Shown piece after piece: positions 9,681 to 18,743 of a DNA stretch of 62,933 nucleotides (its first letter is position 1; each line of letters begins with the position of its first letter). The translations under genes were made by a program, and so were the position numbers. Below the pieces are notes generated by a model, which was not told the origin of the DNA, did no database searches, and saw only the letters and a list, made by a program, of their open reading frames with translations. Source of the stretch: a virus; the IMG/VR virus record IMGVR_UViG_3300014913_001316; one strand, written 5' to 3'.

Positions 9681-10022
9681 TCATCTTTCTATCTTACAAC
9701 TCCATATTGAACCTTTTACATCACCATTAAAAGTTATAACTCCTGTATCTGGGCGGATATTAATTATATCCCCGTTTTTACTTATTAACATAAAACTATG
9801 TTTATTTCTTTCAATGTTTTTAATGCTAAACAGGTCTACATGTGACATACCAGTAGAAACACTAACGGAAGGGGATGTTGTATCAAGTGCTAAAAGGATG
9901 GGGTTAAACTCTTTTCTAGGAATTAAACAATATCTTTTACCAAGGGATGTCGTTACTTCGCCATCCCATGCTTCACATACTTCACCAAATTCTTTTATCA
10001 ACCTATCGAGATTTTCTACCAT
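9681..10022 (-). CDS. Hypothetical protein, Cys-x3-(D/G)G...Cys family
   Basis: VCEAWDGEVTTSLGKRYCLIP motif resembles 11394, 15759 and 61156. Confidence 0.6.
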   Translation of the reverse strand: MVENLDRLIKEFGEVCEAWDGEVTTSLGKRYCLIPRKEFNPILLALDTTSPSVSVSTGMSHVDLFSIKNIERNKHSFMLISKNGDIINIRPDTGVITFNGDVKGSIWSCKIER

Positions 10023-10336
10023 TTCTCTTTCACCTTACAATGATAAACCTGTGTCCAATAATCCCCACCTCTGCTTTCGCATCTAAGTAGACCATCGACT
10101 GGTTTAATATTAATAACTCCCTTTGCTGTATCAACTTGTAAGTTACCATTGATACCAAGCACTACTCTTTGTATATCAAGGGTTTTTGTTTTATCATCAT
10201 AGATAAAACTCACATCTTTGTCTTTTATTATTATTCTTTTAACATTCATGTAAGGTGATTTGATATTATCTAATTCTTTTTCATACCATGTATGTTTTGG
10301 TGTATAACCTCTGGTTTCTCCGTTACGGTTAATCAT
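10016..10336 (-). CDS. Hypothetical beta-rich protein
   Basis: Overlaps neighbours. Confidence 0.6.
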   Translation of the reverse strand: MINRNGETRGYTPKHTWYEKELDNIKSPYMNVKRIIIKDKDVSFIYDDKTKTLDIQRVVLGINGNLQVDTAKGVINIKPVDGLLRCESRGGDYWTQVYHCKVKEKW

Positions 10337-10643
10337 TCACTTCACTTCCTATTTGACAAGTTATCTCATTCTTACCAGTCACCTTACATTTAGCAATATT
10401 CATAGATTCTATGTCTAAAATAGCAGTTACAGGTGTAGGTGGATTAAATTTTCTATAAAATCCTATCATTTCTATTAAATCTCGGTATCTAAGTTTTACA
10501 AAATCACCTGTTGTTTTAGAAGTTATTTTACATATAGGTTGTATTTCTCTGTTTCTAGTAGGGTGTATCCCTGTCTCAAGAAACTCTATTTTTTGAGCAT
10601 CATCTTCCTTTAGTCTTACCCATCTATCAGGCATCTTTACCAC
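10329..10643 (-). CDS. Hypothetical protein
   Basis: Overlaps neighbour. Confidence 0.6.
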   Translation of the reverse strand: MVKMPDRWVRLKEDDAQKIEFLETGIHPTRNREIQPICKITSKTTGDFVKLRYRDLIEMIGFYRKFNPPTPVTAILDIESMNIAKCKVTGKNEITCQIGSEVND

Positions 10644-10671
10644 AACTCTTTCAATTCACTCAGATACGTCT

Positions 10672-10992
10672 CTATTTTAAGGTTTCATATCTCACCATTT
10701 CTTCATTCCATCTTTTTTCGCATAATGCTTCTTCATCTTCTCCATAGCTCATACAAATCTCTGATATTTTTTTAAGCTCATCAAGTAACTTGCGTTTATA
10801 TCCTATATCAAGATGTAAAAATTCATTATTCGCATATTTAATAGTCTCCAAATCTCTTTTAAGACTATCATCAAGATGTTTTTCACATTCTTGAAAAACA
10901 AGACATGCTTTAGATGTTGATTTCATCCTTTTTTCAAGTTCATGCCAAAATTTAAAATCACTCATTTTTACCACAACTCTTTCATCTTTCAC
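10672..10992 (-). CDS. Hypothetical helical protein
   Basis: 106 aa. Confidence 0.6.
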   Translation of the reverse strand: MKDERVVVKMSDFKFWHELEKRMKSTSKACLVFQECEKHLDDSLKRDLETIKYANNEFLHLDIGYKRKLLDELKKISEICMSYGEDEEALCEKRWNEEMVRYETLK

Positions 10993-11326
10993 CTAATACT
11001 TCATCTCTCAAACATTTAACAAACTCTTCATCCTTAAACTCTTTACACGTATACACTGCGTCAGATACTTCTCTGAAATATTTTTTTGCTGTTTTAATAT
11101 CCCACAAAGGCTTAGCAACATCACTAAGAAAGCCTGGTCTAGTGGAAAACTCATTCTCAGATGTACGTTCAAGTATTGAAACACCATATATCGGCTCATT
11201 TTTTATTCCCGTTCCTTTACTAAGTTCAACTACGTAACCATCTATAACATCATAGTCTATTAAGTTTGGTGTTATAAAATTTGGATTACGTTCTTGCCAT
11301 CTCAGGTATTCTTCCTTAACACTCAT
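10982..11326 (-). CDS. Hypothetical protein
   Basis: 114 aa. Confidence 0.6.
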   Translation of the reverse strand: MSVKEEYLRWQERNPNFITPNLIDYDVIDGYVVELSKGTGIKNEPIYGVSILERTSENEFSTRPGFLSDVAKPLWDIKTAKKYFREVSDAVYTCKEFKDEEFVKCLRDEVLGER

Positions 11327-11393
11327 TTTATCTACCCACTCACATTCAATCTTCGCTTAATTTCTCTTCCTTTTTCTTCCCACCATTCAATAA

Positions 11394-11750
11394 TTACACC
11401 TCTACATCAATTAATTTATTTTTTTTATCATAAATGCGAATAAAAAATGGATTGCTATCTCCTTTCTCTATTGTATACATAATGTCGCCACTCGAACATC
11501 TCAGCATCAATCTATCTGTGATTTTATCTAAAGATATATCGCAATGTTCAATAGTATTACGTATATTGCCTAATGGGAAATTAACTGTTAATTTCTTTTC
11601 TATACCATAATCTAATACGATGTCTCTATAATATGAACTACAGTAAAATATTGCCTCCGCAACACCCGTCTCATTTATAGAGCTTTTTCCGCCTATTTCT
11701 CCACACCATATTGGAAAATTTCTTTTTAGCTCATCAAACTCTACACTCAT
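11394..11750 (-). CDS. Hypothetical protein, Cys-x3-GG family
   Basis: MSVEFDELKRNFPIWCGEIGGK resembles the N-terminus of 9681 (MVENLDRLIKEFGEVCEAWDGE). Confidence 0.6.
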   Translation of the reverse strand: MSVEFDELKRNFPIWCGEIGGKSSINETGVAEAIFYCSSYYRDIVLDYGIEKKLTVNFPLGNIRNTIEHCDISLDKITDRLMLRCSSGDIMYTIEKGDSNPFFIRIYDKKNKLIDVEV

Positions 11751-11806
11751 ATCACTCCCTCAGAAGAGAATGCTCATACCGCCGGGGGGCATTCTATTCA
11801 CCTATT

Positions 11807-12067
11807 TTACAGTTTTCCCATTTCATCAGGATGTAAACCGCAAAAAACTTCTACCTCTCCACCACTTCTCTCATAGAAATCACAGGTTACTGGTTTTTTG
11901 AACAAAACAAGTGTTCTACGTTCATCTGCAACTGTTTCATCCTGCAACTGTGCTATATCATTTAGCCAAAGACTATGTGTTGCACGTGGTTTTATAACAT
12001 GTTCTTTGTTGATGAAATGGATTTTATCAAGAGATATGCCTATCCTATCAACATTTTCCAGTCTCAT
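11807..12067 (-). CDS. Hypothetical protein, first gene of the minus-strand early operon
   Basis: TATA-like TTTTTATC about 24 nt upstream of the ATG (leaderless). Confidence 0.6.
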   Translation of the reverse strand: MRLENVDRIGISLDKIHFINKEHVIKPRATHSLWLNDIAQLQDETVADERRTLVLFKKPVTCDFYERSGGEVEVFCGLHPDEMGKL

Positions 12068-12090
12068 AGTTTTTAGAAATAGTTTGAATA

Positions 12091-12126
12091 GATAAAAACT
12101 TTTTTGGAAAAAAAGGGAAAAAAGGG
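12091..12126 (-). promoter_or_regulatory. Promoter with CCC-N6-CCC motif upstream of the TATA box
   Basis: + strand GGG at 12115-17 and 12124-26; TATA-like element at 12091-12100. Confidence 0.55.
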
Positions 12127-12130
12127 ATTT

Positions 12131-12304
12131 TTATGTGAATTTCTTAGAAACGAGAAGGATTACAGTTATCACCGCAACTAACATCACTGGAAGGATTATA
12201 AAAAAAGGAGGAGAGAACAAGATATTTACTACTCCGATACATCCAAAGACTATAATGGATACTGCGAGTAGGAAACCAAATTTTTCATACTCTGATTTAG
12301 GCAT
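12131..12304 (-). CDS. 57-aa two-helix hydrophobic hairpin protein (not in ORF track)
   Basis: MPKSEYEKFGFLLAVSIIVFGCIGVVNILFSPPFFIILPVMLVAVITVILLVSKKFT; overlaps the stop of the 12297 gene. Confidence 0.65.
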   Translation of the reverse strand: MPKSEYEKFGFLLAVSIIVFGCIGVVNILFSPPFFIILPVMLVAVITVILLVSKKFT

Positions 12305-13538
12305 TTAGTAGCCACCGTATGAAACCTGGTAAGAAGAAGTCTCTGGGAATTGCTCCTTTTTCTTTAGTGGTAAAATGCCAGACATCTCCTTGTGTTTTTT
12401 CTCCATGTGGGTCTTTTACGTCTATTCTCCAATAATACGTGGTTTTGTAATCTACATCTCCAACATCGTACTGCCATACTATGTCTTTAGTTACATCTTT
12501 TTCCACTAATGGTGGTGGGTTTGTTGTTCCGAAATAAACATCACATTTAAGAGATTCCTCAGGGTCATTAGGGTCACTACACTTCCACATTAAATACCCA
12601 TCTGCATCTGCATCTATTGCTCCATTCTCTGGGTAAGGGTCTGATGCTTTATTTGGTGGTTTATTATGCTCAGGGTATTTGATTACTATTTTACTTAAAA
12701 CACTTCCATCTTTCAATTCATCTGCTTCAAAGTCGGCTAAATAGCCATACATGTAGCCCCAATCCATTAATGCACCCAAGGCTCTTACTTTTATAGCTGC
12801 TTGTACTTCAATATAGTAATAATTTCCCTCTATAAGTTTCTTTTCCGCATACATTTGGTAAAAATGTTTACCAAAACGGTCTTTAAGTACCATATGAATT
12901 ATAGGAATTGATTGGTCGTAACAAATATCTTCTCGGTCAGTCATAACGCCAGAGATTATAAAAAACACTACGGATTCTACAGAAATACATGCGTCTATAC
13001 CTGTAACCGACCCGTCATACCAGCCTTCGATATCATATTCAAAATGAATATTGTATTCATCTGTATACGGGGCACAATAATATATCCCATGTGTAATCCA
13101 TACAGTCATAGAGGCTTCTCCAGCCCCTGGACCTGCTACGGCAGCAACATGAGTCCATCCTTGGTATGCATCGGCTGTTCCTTCACAACCTGCTTCTGAT
13201 ATGCCCCATTTTTCCTCTTTATATGTAATATCATGTACTCCCCATGGGGGTTCAAATATCTCTGTTGTATAATCACCTGTAGACACGGTATAAGCTGGTT
13301 TTTGAATTTCAACATGCTCTGGAGTTGCTAGGTTTGGTTTAATCTTTACTTTTTCTATATATTCTGCAACTTCTTCATCAGTCATGTCTTTACAGTTTGG
13401 GTCAAAGTTTTTAATTAATTCTTCCATTGTATAGTTTTTATAGTTTTTAGTTGGTTTAGAAAGTTTTATAGCACTTGTATTACCTGCTAATATCAAAAAA
13501 CATACTGCGATAAAAATCGCAAAAATTTTTTTGTTCAT
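12297..13538 (-). CDS. Secreted surface protein with C-terminal Ig/FN3-like domain and amphipathic tail
   Basis: Signal peptide MNKKIFAIFIAVCFLILAGNTSA (start 13538, track 13592); domain NKPPNKASDPYPENG...YFGTTNPPPLV...TTYYWRIDVKD...WHFTT; tail FFLPGFIRWLL. Confidence 0.75.
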   Translation of the reverse strand: MNKKIFAIFIAVCFLILAGNTSAIKLSKPTKNYKNYTMEELIKNFDPNCKDMTDEEVAEYIEKVKIKPNLATPEHVEIQKPAYTVSTGDYTTEIFEPPWGVHDITYKEEKWGISEAGCEGTADAYQGWTHVAAVAGPGAGEASMTVWITHGIYYCAPYTDEYNIHFEYDIEGWYDGSVTGIDACISVESVVFFIISGVMTDREDICYDQSIPIIHMVLKDRFGKHFYQMYAEKKLIEGNYYYIEVQAAIKVRALGALMDWGYMYGYLADFEADELKDGSVLSKIVIKYPEHNKPPNKASDPYPENGAIDADADGYLMWKCSDPNDPEESLKCDVYFGTTNPPPLVEKDVTKDIVWQYDVGDVDYKTTYYWRIDVKDPHGEKTQGDVWHFTTKEKGAIPRDFFLPGFIRWLLNA

Positions 13539-13654
13539 TTCCTCTTTCACCCACATTGTAATATCTTTAGCAATATATAAAATTTGTGGCATAAATGATA
13601 CATTTTTTGACCATAAATGTTTTAAGCCTGCTCAGCATATTTTTTGTGATTACT

Positions 13655-13960
13655 ATGGATGATGAGGTAGAGAAAAAGATACTTGAAAAAATCAAAGAAA
13701 AAAAGAAAGAAATAGAAAAAGAACAGGAAAAAAAGAAAGGTATCCCTCTTGCATATTCCCAGATACAGTTTTACTCTAACATGCTTACTGAGTTATGGAA
13801 TAGACTAATGAGTCTACTCGGGACTAAAAACAGGGAAAGAGAAAAGGAAGAATTGTATAAACGGGCTGAAGAGTTAAAAGAATTACTGGAGTACACTGAA
13901 CTAGGTGAAAGAGCACGTAAGACTTTTGAACTTGCAGAAAAAGTTATTAAAGAAATTTAG
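13655..13960 (+). CDS. Charged helical hypothetical protein
   Basis: Likely start MDDEVEKK at 13655. Confidence 0.55.
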   Translation: MDDEVEKKILEKIKEKKKEIEKEQEKKKGIPLAYSQIQFYSNMLTELWNRLMSLLGTKNREREKEELYKRAEELKELLEYTELGERARKTFELAEKVIKEI

Positions 13961-14199
13961 GATAGTTTTTCAGCTATACACTTGTTGAACTCGCTGATAC
14001 CCCAGACAGTGCCACCTTTGTATTTGGATGCTCCTCTGCATGCTGCAGCTGCCTCAGCAAATGCACGGTTTTTCTCAACTACTCTAGCTGGTCTAGCACC
14101 TGGGTTGTCTGTCCATGCTACTGCACTGGATGGGAAGAATTTTCCGCCTGATTCTTTCAAAACAAATTTTTGCCCTAAAATGTATCCTCTCATTGCCAT
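13957..14199 (-). CDS. 80-aa basic protein, probably highly expressed (candidate nucleoprotein)
   Basis: Own promoter and strong AGGAGGT SD; helical FAEAAAACRG...FNKCIAEKL motif. Confidence 0.65.
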   Translation of the reverse strand: MAMRGYILGQKFVLKESGGKFFPSSAVAWTDNPGARPARVVEKNRAFAEAAAACRGASKYKGGTVWGISEFNKCIAEKLS

Positions 14200-14242
14200 A
14201 TTGTTTTTTTACCTCCTTATTGTTAACAGAATATGTAACACG

Positions 14243-14280
14243 TTATAAAAAAGTTACTGGTTTTAGTGGGAAAAACGGGT
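14243..14280 (-). promoter_or_regulatory. Promoter: CCC-N7-CCC, ACCAGTAAC, TTTTTATA
   Basis: Minus strand reads cccgttttttcccactaaaaccagtaactttttataa. Confidence 0.6.
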
Positions 14281-14285
14281 AAAAC

Positions 14286-15746
14286 TCATAGTAGGTCATC
14301 GGGTAGTTTTTGTCTTTTAAAACGAGGGAGTTTGAACGAGGGTAGTTTTTGTTTTTTATATAAGATTAATAGTAGGAGAACTATCAGTAATACTGGTAAG
14401 ATGTATAACAGTATGGATAAATCAGGGGTTTGTTCTACTGGTACTACTCCTGCAATTGTTTTTTCCGATGGGAGTAAAAGAGTGGAATCTGATGGTGTAA
14501 ACGTGAAAGTATAAGTGTTTGCTGAATATTTTGGTATCCAGATTGCTGAGCCACCTGAGAGAGAGATTGTTTTTATAGGTATGCCGTTTGATTTTATTTC
14601 TATTGAATCAGATGTGGAGATGGGTTTACCCTCGTTGTCTACTACTTGTATAAGTAATGGTGTACCGGGTTGTGCTTTTGTTACGATTTCATCGTTTTCA
14701 TTTTTTACAATTATATCTGTTTTTGTTTTAGCGTTGAAAAAAGCTGTTCCTTGTTGTGTACCTGTTGTTGCTGTGACAGTGTATCTACCGCTGAAGGGGG
14801 GGTTGAAATATGCTTTGCCTTCGGTATCCGCTGTATATGTCCATGTCATCTCATCTTTTTGTATTGTTACTTTTGCATTACTCTGTGTTTGTATTGTTGT
14901 TTCTTCACCTACTATGATGTGTTCTGGGAGGACTAACGAGAGTGGTTTTGGTGTAACATTGAAACAGGTTGTTGTTATTCCATCGAATACTTTTGCTGTT
15001 ACTTGCCATGTTCCTACTTCGTCTGTAACAATCGTTGTTTTTCCTTCCATGTTTGTTGTTCTATTGTATATTTCTCCAGATGGTTTTTTAATGGTTACCT
15101 CTGCACGTACTGGGTCTCCTCCACTAAATACTTGTATGTTTTGTTTTTCACCACTCTGTACTACAAGTGAACATTCTATATACAAGTTGCCTTTGTACTT
15201 GGATTGAATGACGAAATGTCTAGTATGCCCTTTGATTATTACTGTTGCATTCCCGTATTCTTCTTCATTTAAAGTTACAAGAGCTAAACCATCTTTCATA
15301 TGGAACAGGTATACATTGTTTGTTTCATCGCATAATATATACCCTGATGTGTTTTCTTGTGAAAAAGAGAGGATAATGTTTTTTCCAGCTTGTGGATGAG
15401 ATGGTATTACTGTGATTGTTTCAACTTCTGGTTCTACTACTGAAATATTTATTGATTGATTGTTTACCCATATCTTGTCTGAGAAGGGTGTGTCTTTTAT
15501 TATTACTACTGAGGTTGTTTTTGAAGAAATAGCAGGAATAGAAAAAAAGGTTTCATAAAAAAGGATTTTAGATGAGTTTGTTGATAAAGTTATGTTAACG
15601 GTATGGTTTGATGGGTTGTATATAGTTATTTCTAATAGTTCATACCCATCAACATAGGTAGTGTATGTTTCTGGAGTGATTGTTAAAGCCGATGCTGATG
15701 TTGATAGTATTGTTAATGTTAGTAGTAAAATAAGAATTTTTTGCAC
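14286..15746 (-). CDS. Secreted multi-Ig-like surface protein with C-terminal TM anchor
   Basis: Signal peptide ending SASA, repeated beta-sandwich motifs (YTADTEGKAYFNPPFSGRYTVTA), C-terminal TM plus basic tail. Confidence 0.75.
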   Translation of the reverse strand: MQKILILLLTLTILSTSASALTITPETYTTYVDGYELLEITIYNPSNHTVNITLSTNSSKILFYETFFSIPAISSKTTSVVIIKDTPFSDKIWVNNQSINISVVEPEVETITVIPSHPQAGKNIILSFSQENTSGYILCDETNNVYLFHMKDGLALVTLNEEEYGNATVIIKGHTRHFVIQSKYKGNLYIECSLVVQSGEKQNIQVFSGGDPVRAEVTIKKPSGEIYNRTTNMEGKTTIVTDEVGTWQVTAKVFDGITTTCFNVTPKPLSLVLPEHIIVGEETTIQTQSNAKVTIQKDEMTWTYTADTEGKAYFNPPFSGRYTVTATTGTQQGTAFFNAKTKTDIIVKNENDEIVTKAQPGTPLLIQVVDNEGKPISTSDSIEIKSNGIPIKTISLSGGSAIWIPKYSANTYTFTFTPSDSTLLLPSEKTIAGVVPVEQTPDLSILLYILPVLLIVLLLLILYKKQKLPSFKLPRFKRQKLPDDLL

Positions 15747-15758
15747 GTGTTTTTTCCC

Positions 15759-15962
15759 TCACTCTAACTCACGTGATGGAACTCCACGGTGGTGATATTT
15801 TATTGCTTGTAAAACTATTGTGTCGGGGTCGTTTGGATTTGTTTTTTTACGGATGATACATTTACCGTCTTCATCCATGACTCCTTTTAACGCAGCACAT
15901 GTTTCTGCGTCTAACTTATCAGAACGAAGTATTTCTTCATCTATTCTATCTCTTCTAATCAT
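15759..15962 (-). CDS. Small protein, Cys-x3-xG...Cys family
   Basis: TCAALKGVMDEDGKCII. Confidence 0.55.
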   Translation of the reverse strand: MIRRDRIDEEILRSDKLDAETCAALKGVMDEDGKCIIRKKTNPNDPDTIVLQAIKYHHRGVPSRELE

Positions 15963-16023
15963 TCAAAACCTCCACGCCTTAATATTATTCCCATTTTTTA
16001 TACTTTTCCCTTGAAACCCATTT

Positions 16024-16377
16024 TTAGAGACTTTTGATTTTGTATATCATCAATACATCATCTATTTTATAATAAAAAAATTTTAAATGTACATCGAGAG
16101 GAGGCGGGCACATTCCTTCTATAAAACACATCTGATACGTGTTTTTAGCAGTGCCATGGTATTCATCAGCAAGGGAGACATTCCAAATAGAAACAGTTTT
16201 ATTGTTAAGGTTTAAGGTCTGGTTTGTTTCTGCTGAATATACCACCCATCCTGTAACATATTGTTCTTTTACTGGTTGTTGTAAATCATTTATGTAAACA
16301 AAAACTATAACTGCTACCGTTATAACTATTGCTATCATCAAAATTACGCCTACAATGGCTGATACTGCTCTTCGCAT
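16024..16377 (-). CDS. Archaeal type IV pilin-like protein (class III signal peptide)
   Basis: MRRA|VSAIVGVILMIAIVITVAVIVFVY matches the archaeal pilin N-terminal (DUF1628-type) consensus KKA|VSPVIGVILMVAI. Confidence 0.8.
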   Translation of the reverse strand: MRRAVSAIVGVILMIAIVITVAVIVFVYINDLQQPVKEQYVTGWVVYSAETNQTLNLNNKTVSIWNVSLADEYHGTAKNTYQMCFIEGMCPPPLDVHLKFFYYKIDDVLMIYKIKSL

Positions 16378-16400
16378 GAAATAAAAATATGTTACGTGGT

Positions 16401-16447
16401 TAATATATTTTTCCCTTTTTTCCCATTTTGTGTGAAAAAGTTTTTAG
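16401..16447. promoter_or_regulatory. Divergent promoter region with CCC-N6-CCC
   Basis: CCC at 16413-15 and 16422-24; TATA-like AAATATATTA about 24 nt before the pilin ATG. Confidence 0.55.
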
Positions 16448-16698
16448 TATCAAAATAGATTTAAAAACGGTGATAAAATCTCTATAAGTAAAAAACTTGG
16501 GTTCTATGTATCTCTTAGTTTTCTTGTTTTAATCGCTAGTGGTTCATGGTCTATAGTATTATTTAACGATGAATTTGTGTTAGATAGGTTTTTAGCTAAT
16601 GGTTTTTTTACAGTAGCTGTAATGTGGATAACTGTAGTGTTTACTAGGCATTTTACTAAAAAGAAAGAGAGATGGAATGTGCCGAAGTAAACTACCGT

Positions 16699-16833
16699 TT
16701 AACTGTTCCATGAATGACCGCAGTTGGAACAGGTGAAAGAGTAGTATGGAGTTCCGTCTGCATCTGTGTACACGTTTCCAATTACTTCTTTTCCACAGTT
16801 TTCACAAATTTCGGTATGCATGATATCTCTCAT
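16699..16833 (-). CDS. 44-aa TFS/TFIIS-type zinc ribbon (not in ORF track)
   Basis: MRDIMHTEICENCGKEVIGNVYTDADGTPYYSFTCSNCGHSWNS; ATGA overlap with the upstream gene. Confidence 0.7.
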   Translation of the reverse strand: MRDIMHTEICENCGKEVIGNVYTDADGTPYYSFTCSNCGHSWNS

Positions 16834-17543
16834 ATTGTTTCTGGGTATTTGTTAAATTGAAACCAGTCTTTTTCGACAGGTGTTAAACATTTCTTTTTAA
16901 CAAGTTGTTTAATGTATCTTTCTACTGTTTTAGGTGAACGAATCCATTTAAGGTTGGTCAGTAGGTGTTTATGTATTTCTTCTCTTGTTATTGCTGTTTT
17001 TGATTCAGCAAGTTTTAGTATTTGGTCTTCAACTGGGTCGTATCCTCTTCTTATTTTGATTGGTTGTTTTTTTGTTTTTAGTTTTACTCCGCAGTAGTAT
17101 TTCCCTGCATGTTGGTATAGTAATCCACCAAGTGAGCCGTTGTGCATTTCTTCTACATATTTTTTTGCGATTATTGTGGATGTGAGAACTCTTTTTTCTT
17201 TGGTTAAATGTCGTATGATGTCTTCCAGTGTTGCCCCGTTTGATTGTTTAACATAGTAGTATATCAGTTGTATGAACGGGTTTTCACCTATGTATAGTAC
17301 GTCTTCTTCATGCATTAATGGTATTTCTTTCTCGCCTGTAGGGGTTATAATGTATTGTGGTTTCCTATATTGCGGGTCTGGCTGTAAAGGGTACATATGG
17401 TTTGTTAATGGTGTCCAGGGTATTGGCTCGTCTTCTGTGCCATCTGATTTTATAACCCGTATGATTGAATGTATAGGTGATGGGTTTTCAACGGCTATGT
17501 GTAAATCTGAGCCTGGTCTATTTGAAAGGATGAACCGTCGCAT
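16830..17543 (-). CDS. Tandem winged-helix DNA-binding protein
   Basis: Two wHTH-like segments (GATLEDIIRHL...; AITREEIHKHL...TVERYIKQLVKKKCL). Confidence 0.6.
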   Translation of the reverse strand: MRRFILSNRPGSDLHIAVENPSPIHSIIRVIKSDGTEDEPIPWTPLTNHMYPLQPDPQYRKPQYIITPTGEKEIPLMHEEDVLYIGENPFIQLIYYYVKQSNGATLEDIIRHLTKEKRVLTSTIIAKKYVEEMHNGSLGGLLYQHAGKYYCGVKLKTKKQPIKIRRGYDPVEDQILKLAESKTAITREEIHKHLLTNLKWIRSPKTVERYIKQLVKKKCLTPVEKDWFQFNKYPETI

Positions 17544-17985
17544 TTACATATTCTCCTACGTGTTGTTCTATTCTTTGTATTTCAAAAAATGGTTTAATCT
17601 CATGGGTGGTGTATATGTTTTGTAGTTCTCCTATAAGTTGTGCCCTTAGCATGTCATATTTGGATAAGTGTTTTTTTTCTATTGTTCGTGGTTTATCCTC
17701 GCCCCATAGGTAGAATGCTTTGTTGTTGATTAGGATTACTGGTGTGAATCTTCCACCTACTCTCTGGGAATACCAGTGGAAGAATTGTTCGTCTTTACTA
17801 CCAAGTGTACCGTTTATATCTACTATTTTTAAATCAATGAGTGGTAAAGGATGCATTCCTTCTTCTTGTAGTTTACGTGAGAGGATATCTCTTCTTGCTA
17901 TCATGTTTTCAAGTATGTGTTTTTGTACATAGTTGCATACTGGGCAGTTGTGTTCAATGTATATAGTAATAGTTGCTGTTTTCAA
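17518..17985 (-). CDS. Glutaredoxin/thioredoxin-fold protein
   Basis: ITIYIEHNCPVC (CxxC after beta1) and FTPVILIN (cis-Pro motif). Confidence 0.7.
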   Translation of the reverse strand: MKTATITIYIEHNCPVCNYVQKHILENMIARRDILSRKLQEEGMHPLPLIDLKIVDINGTLGSKDEQFFHWYSQRVGGRFTPVILINNKAFYLWGEDKPRTIEKKHLSKYDMLRAQLIGELQNIYTTHEIKPFFEIQRIEQHVGEYVNATVHPFK

Positions 17986-18743
17986 AGCTGTTCCTCCTCT
18001 TCCTTCGTTGCATATTTTGCTTCTATCTGTGCCAACCTGGTGGCTAACTCGTTTTCATCTTCACCTAGTCCTTCTGCTATATCCTGTATAGATATTCCTT
18101 TTTTTGCTAAAGTATATAATTCCTCATCACTAGCTTGTATTATCACTGGTGGTGCTATTATCTTCATGATAGATGTAAATAGTTTGCTAAATGATTGAGA
18201 TAGCTCGTTTAAAACACTTTCTTTGGGAGTGGCTGTTCTAAGTTTTCCAAGTGCTGCTTCGCATGCTCCTATGTTTTGCAGTATTACTGAGTAATAATTG
18301 TAAATTGTTCCTCCTATTTTTTTCATCTCTGGCTCTAACTCCTGTATTTCATCGAAACACCCTAAGATATATGGCATGTTTTCTTTTGGGTCTTGTAAGA
18401 AGAAAAAACGTAAATCCTCTCGGAGTAGCCGTAAACGTTCTATTGGAGTATGTATAAGGTATGATGTTCTACTGATTTCACCTAGCATACTGTATAGTTT
18501 TTTTGTTTTAGTGCGACCTGGGGAGTATGTACGTAAGACATAGTCGAATTCTTCAAACAAGTTATGGATTTTTTCACAATCAACGGTACGTGTCTGGTAA
18601 TATTTCAGTAATTCTTCTTTAAGCTGATTAGCATTATATGCTATTTCTTCATAGTCTCCCTCTGAAATGTTTCTAAAAAGTTTAGCCATATACTTTCTAG
18701 CATCTTCCGAGGGGAAAAGCCTAAGGCTCACCATGTTCCTCAC
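17982..18743 (-). CDS. All-alpha protein with C-terminal HTH
   Basis: ELYTLAKKGISIQDIAEGLGEDENELATRL. Confidence 0.6.
   Translation of the reverse strand: MRNMVSLRLFPSEDARKYMAKLFRNISEGDYEEIAYNANQLKEELLKYYQTRTVDCEKIHNLFEEFDYVLRTYSPGRTKTKKLYSMLGEISRTSYLIHTPIERLRLLREDLRFFFLQDPKENMPYILGCFDEIQELEPEMKKIGGTIYNYYSVILQNIGACEAALGKLRTATPKESVLNELSQSFSKLFTSIMKIIAPPVIIQASDEELYTLAKKGISIQDIAEGLGEDENELATRLAQIEAKYATKEEEEQL

Noticed and set aside
16460-16690. Plus-strand two-TM ORF (…KLGFYVSLSFLVLIASGSWSIV…KKERWNVPK)
   Set aside because: The open frame looks protein-like and has a GGTGA nearby, but I found no usable in-frame start after it; it may be a start-codon mutant or sequencing error, so it was not called.
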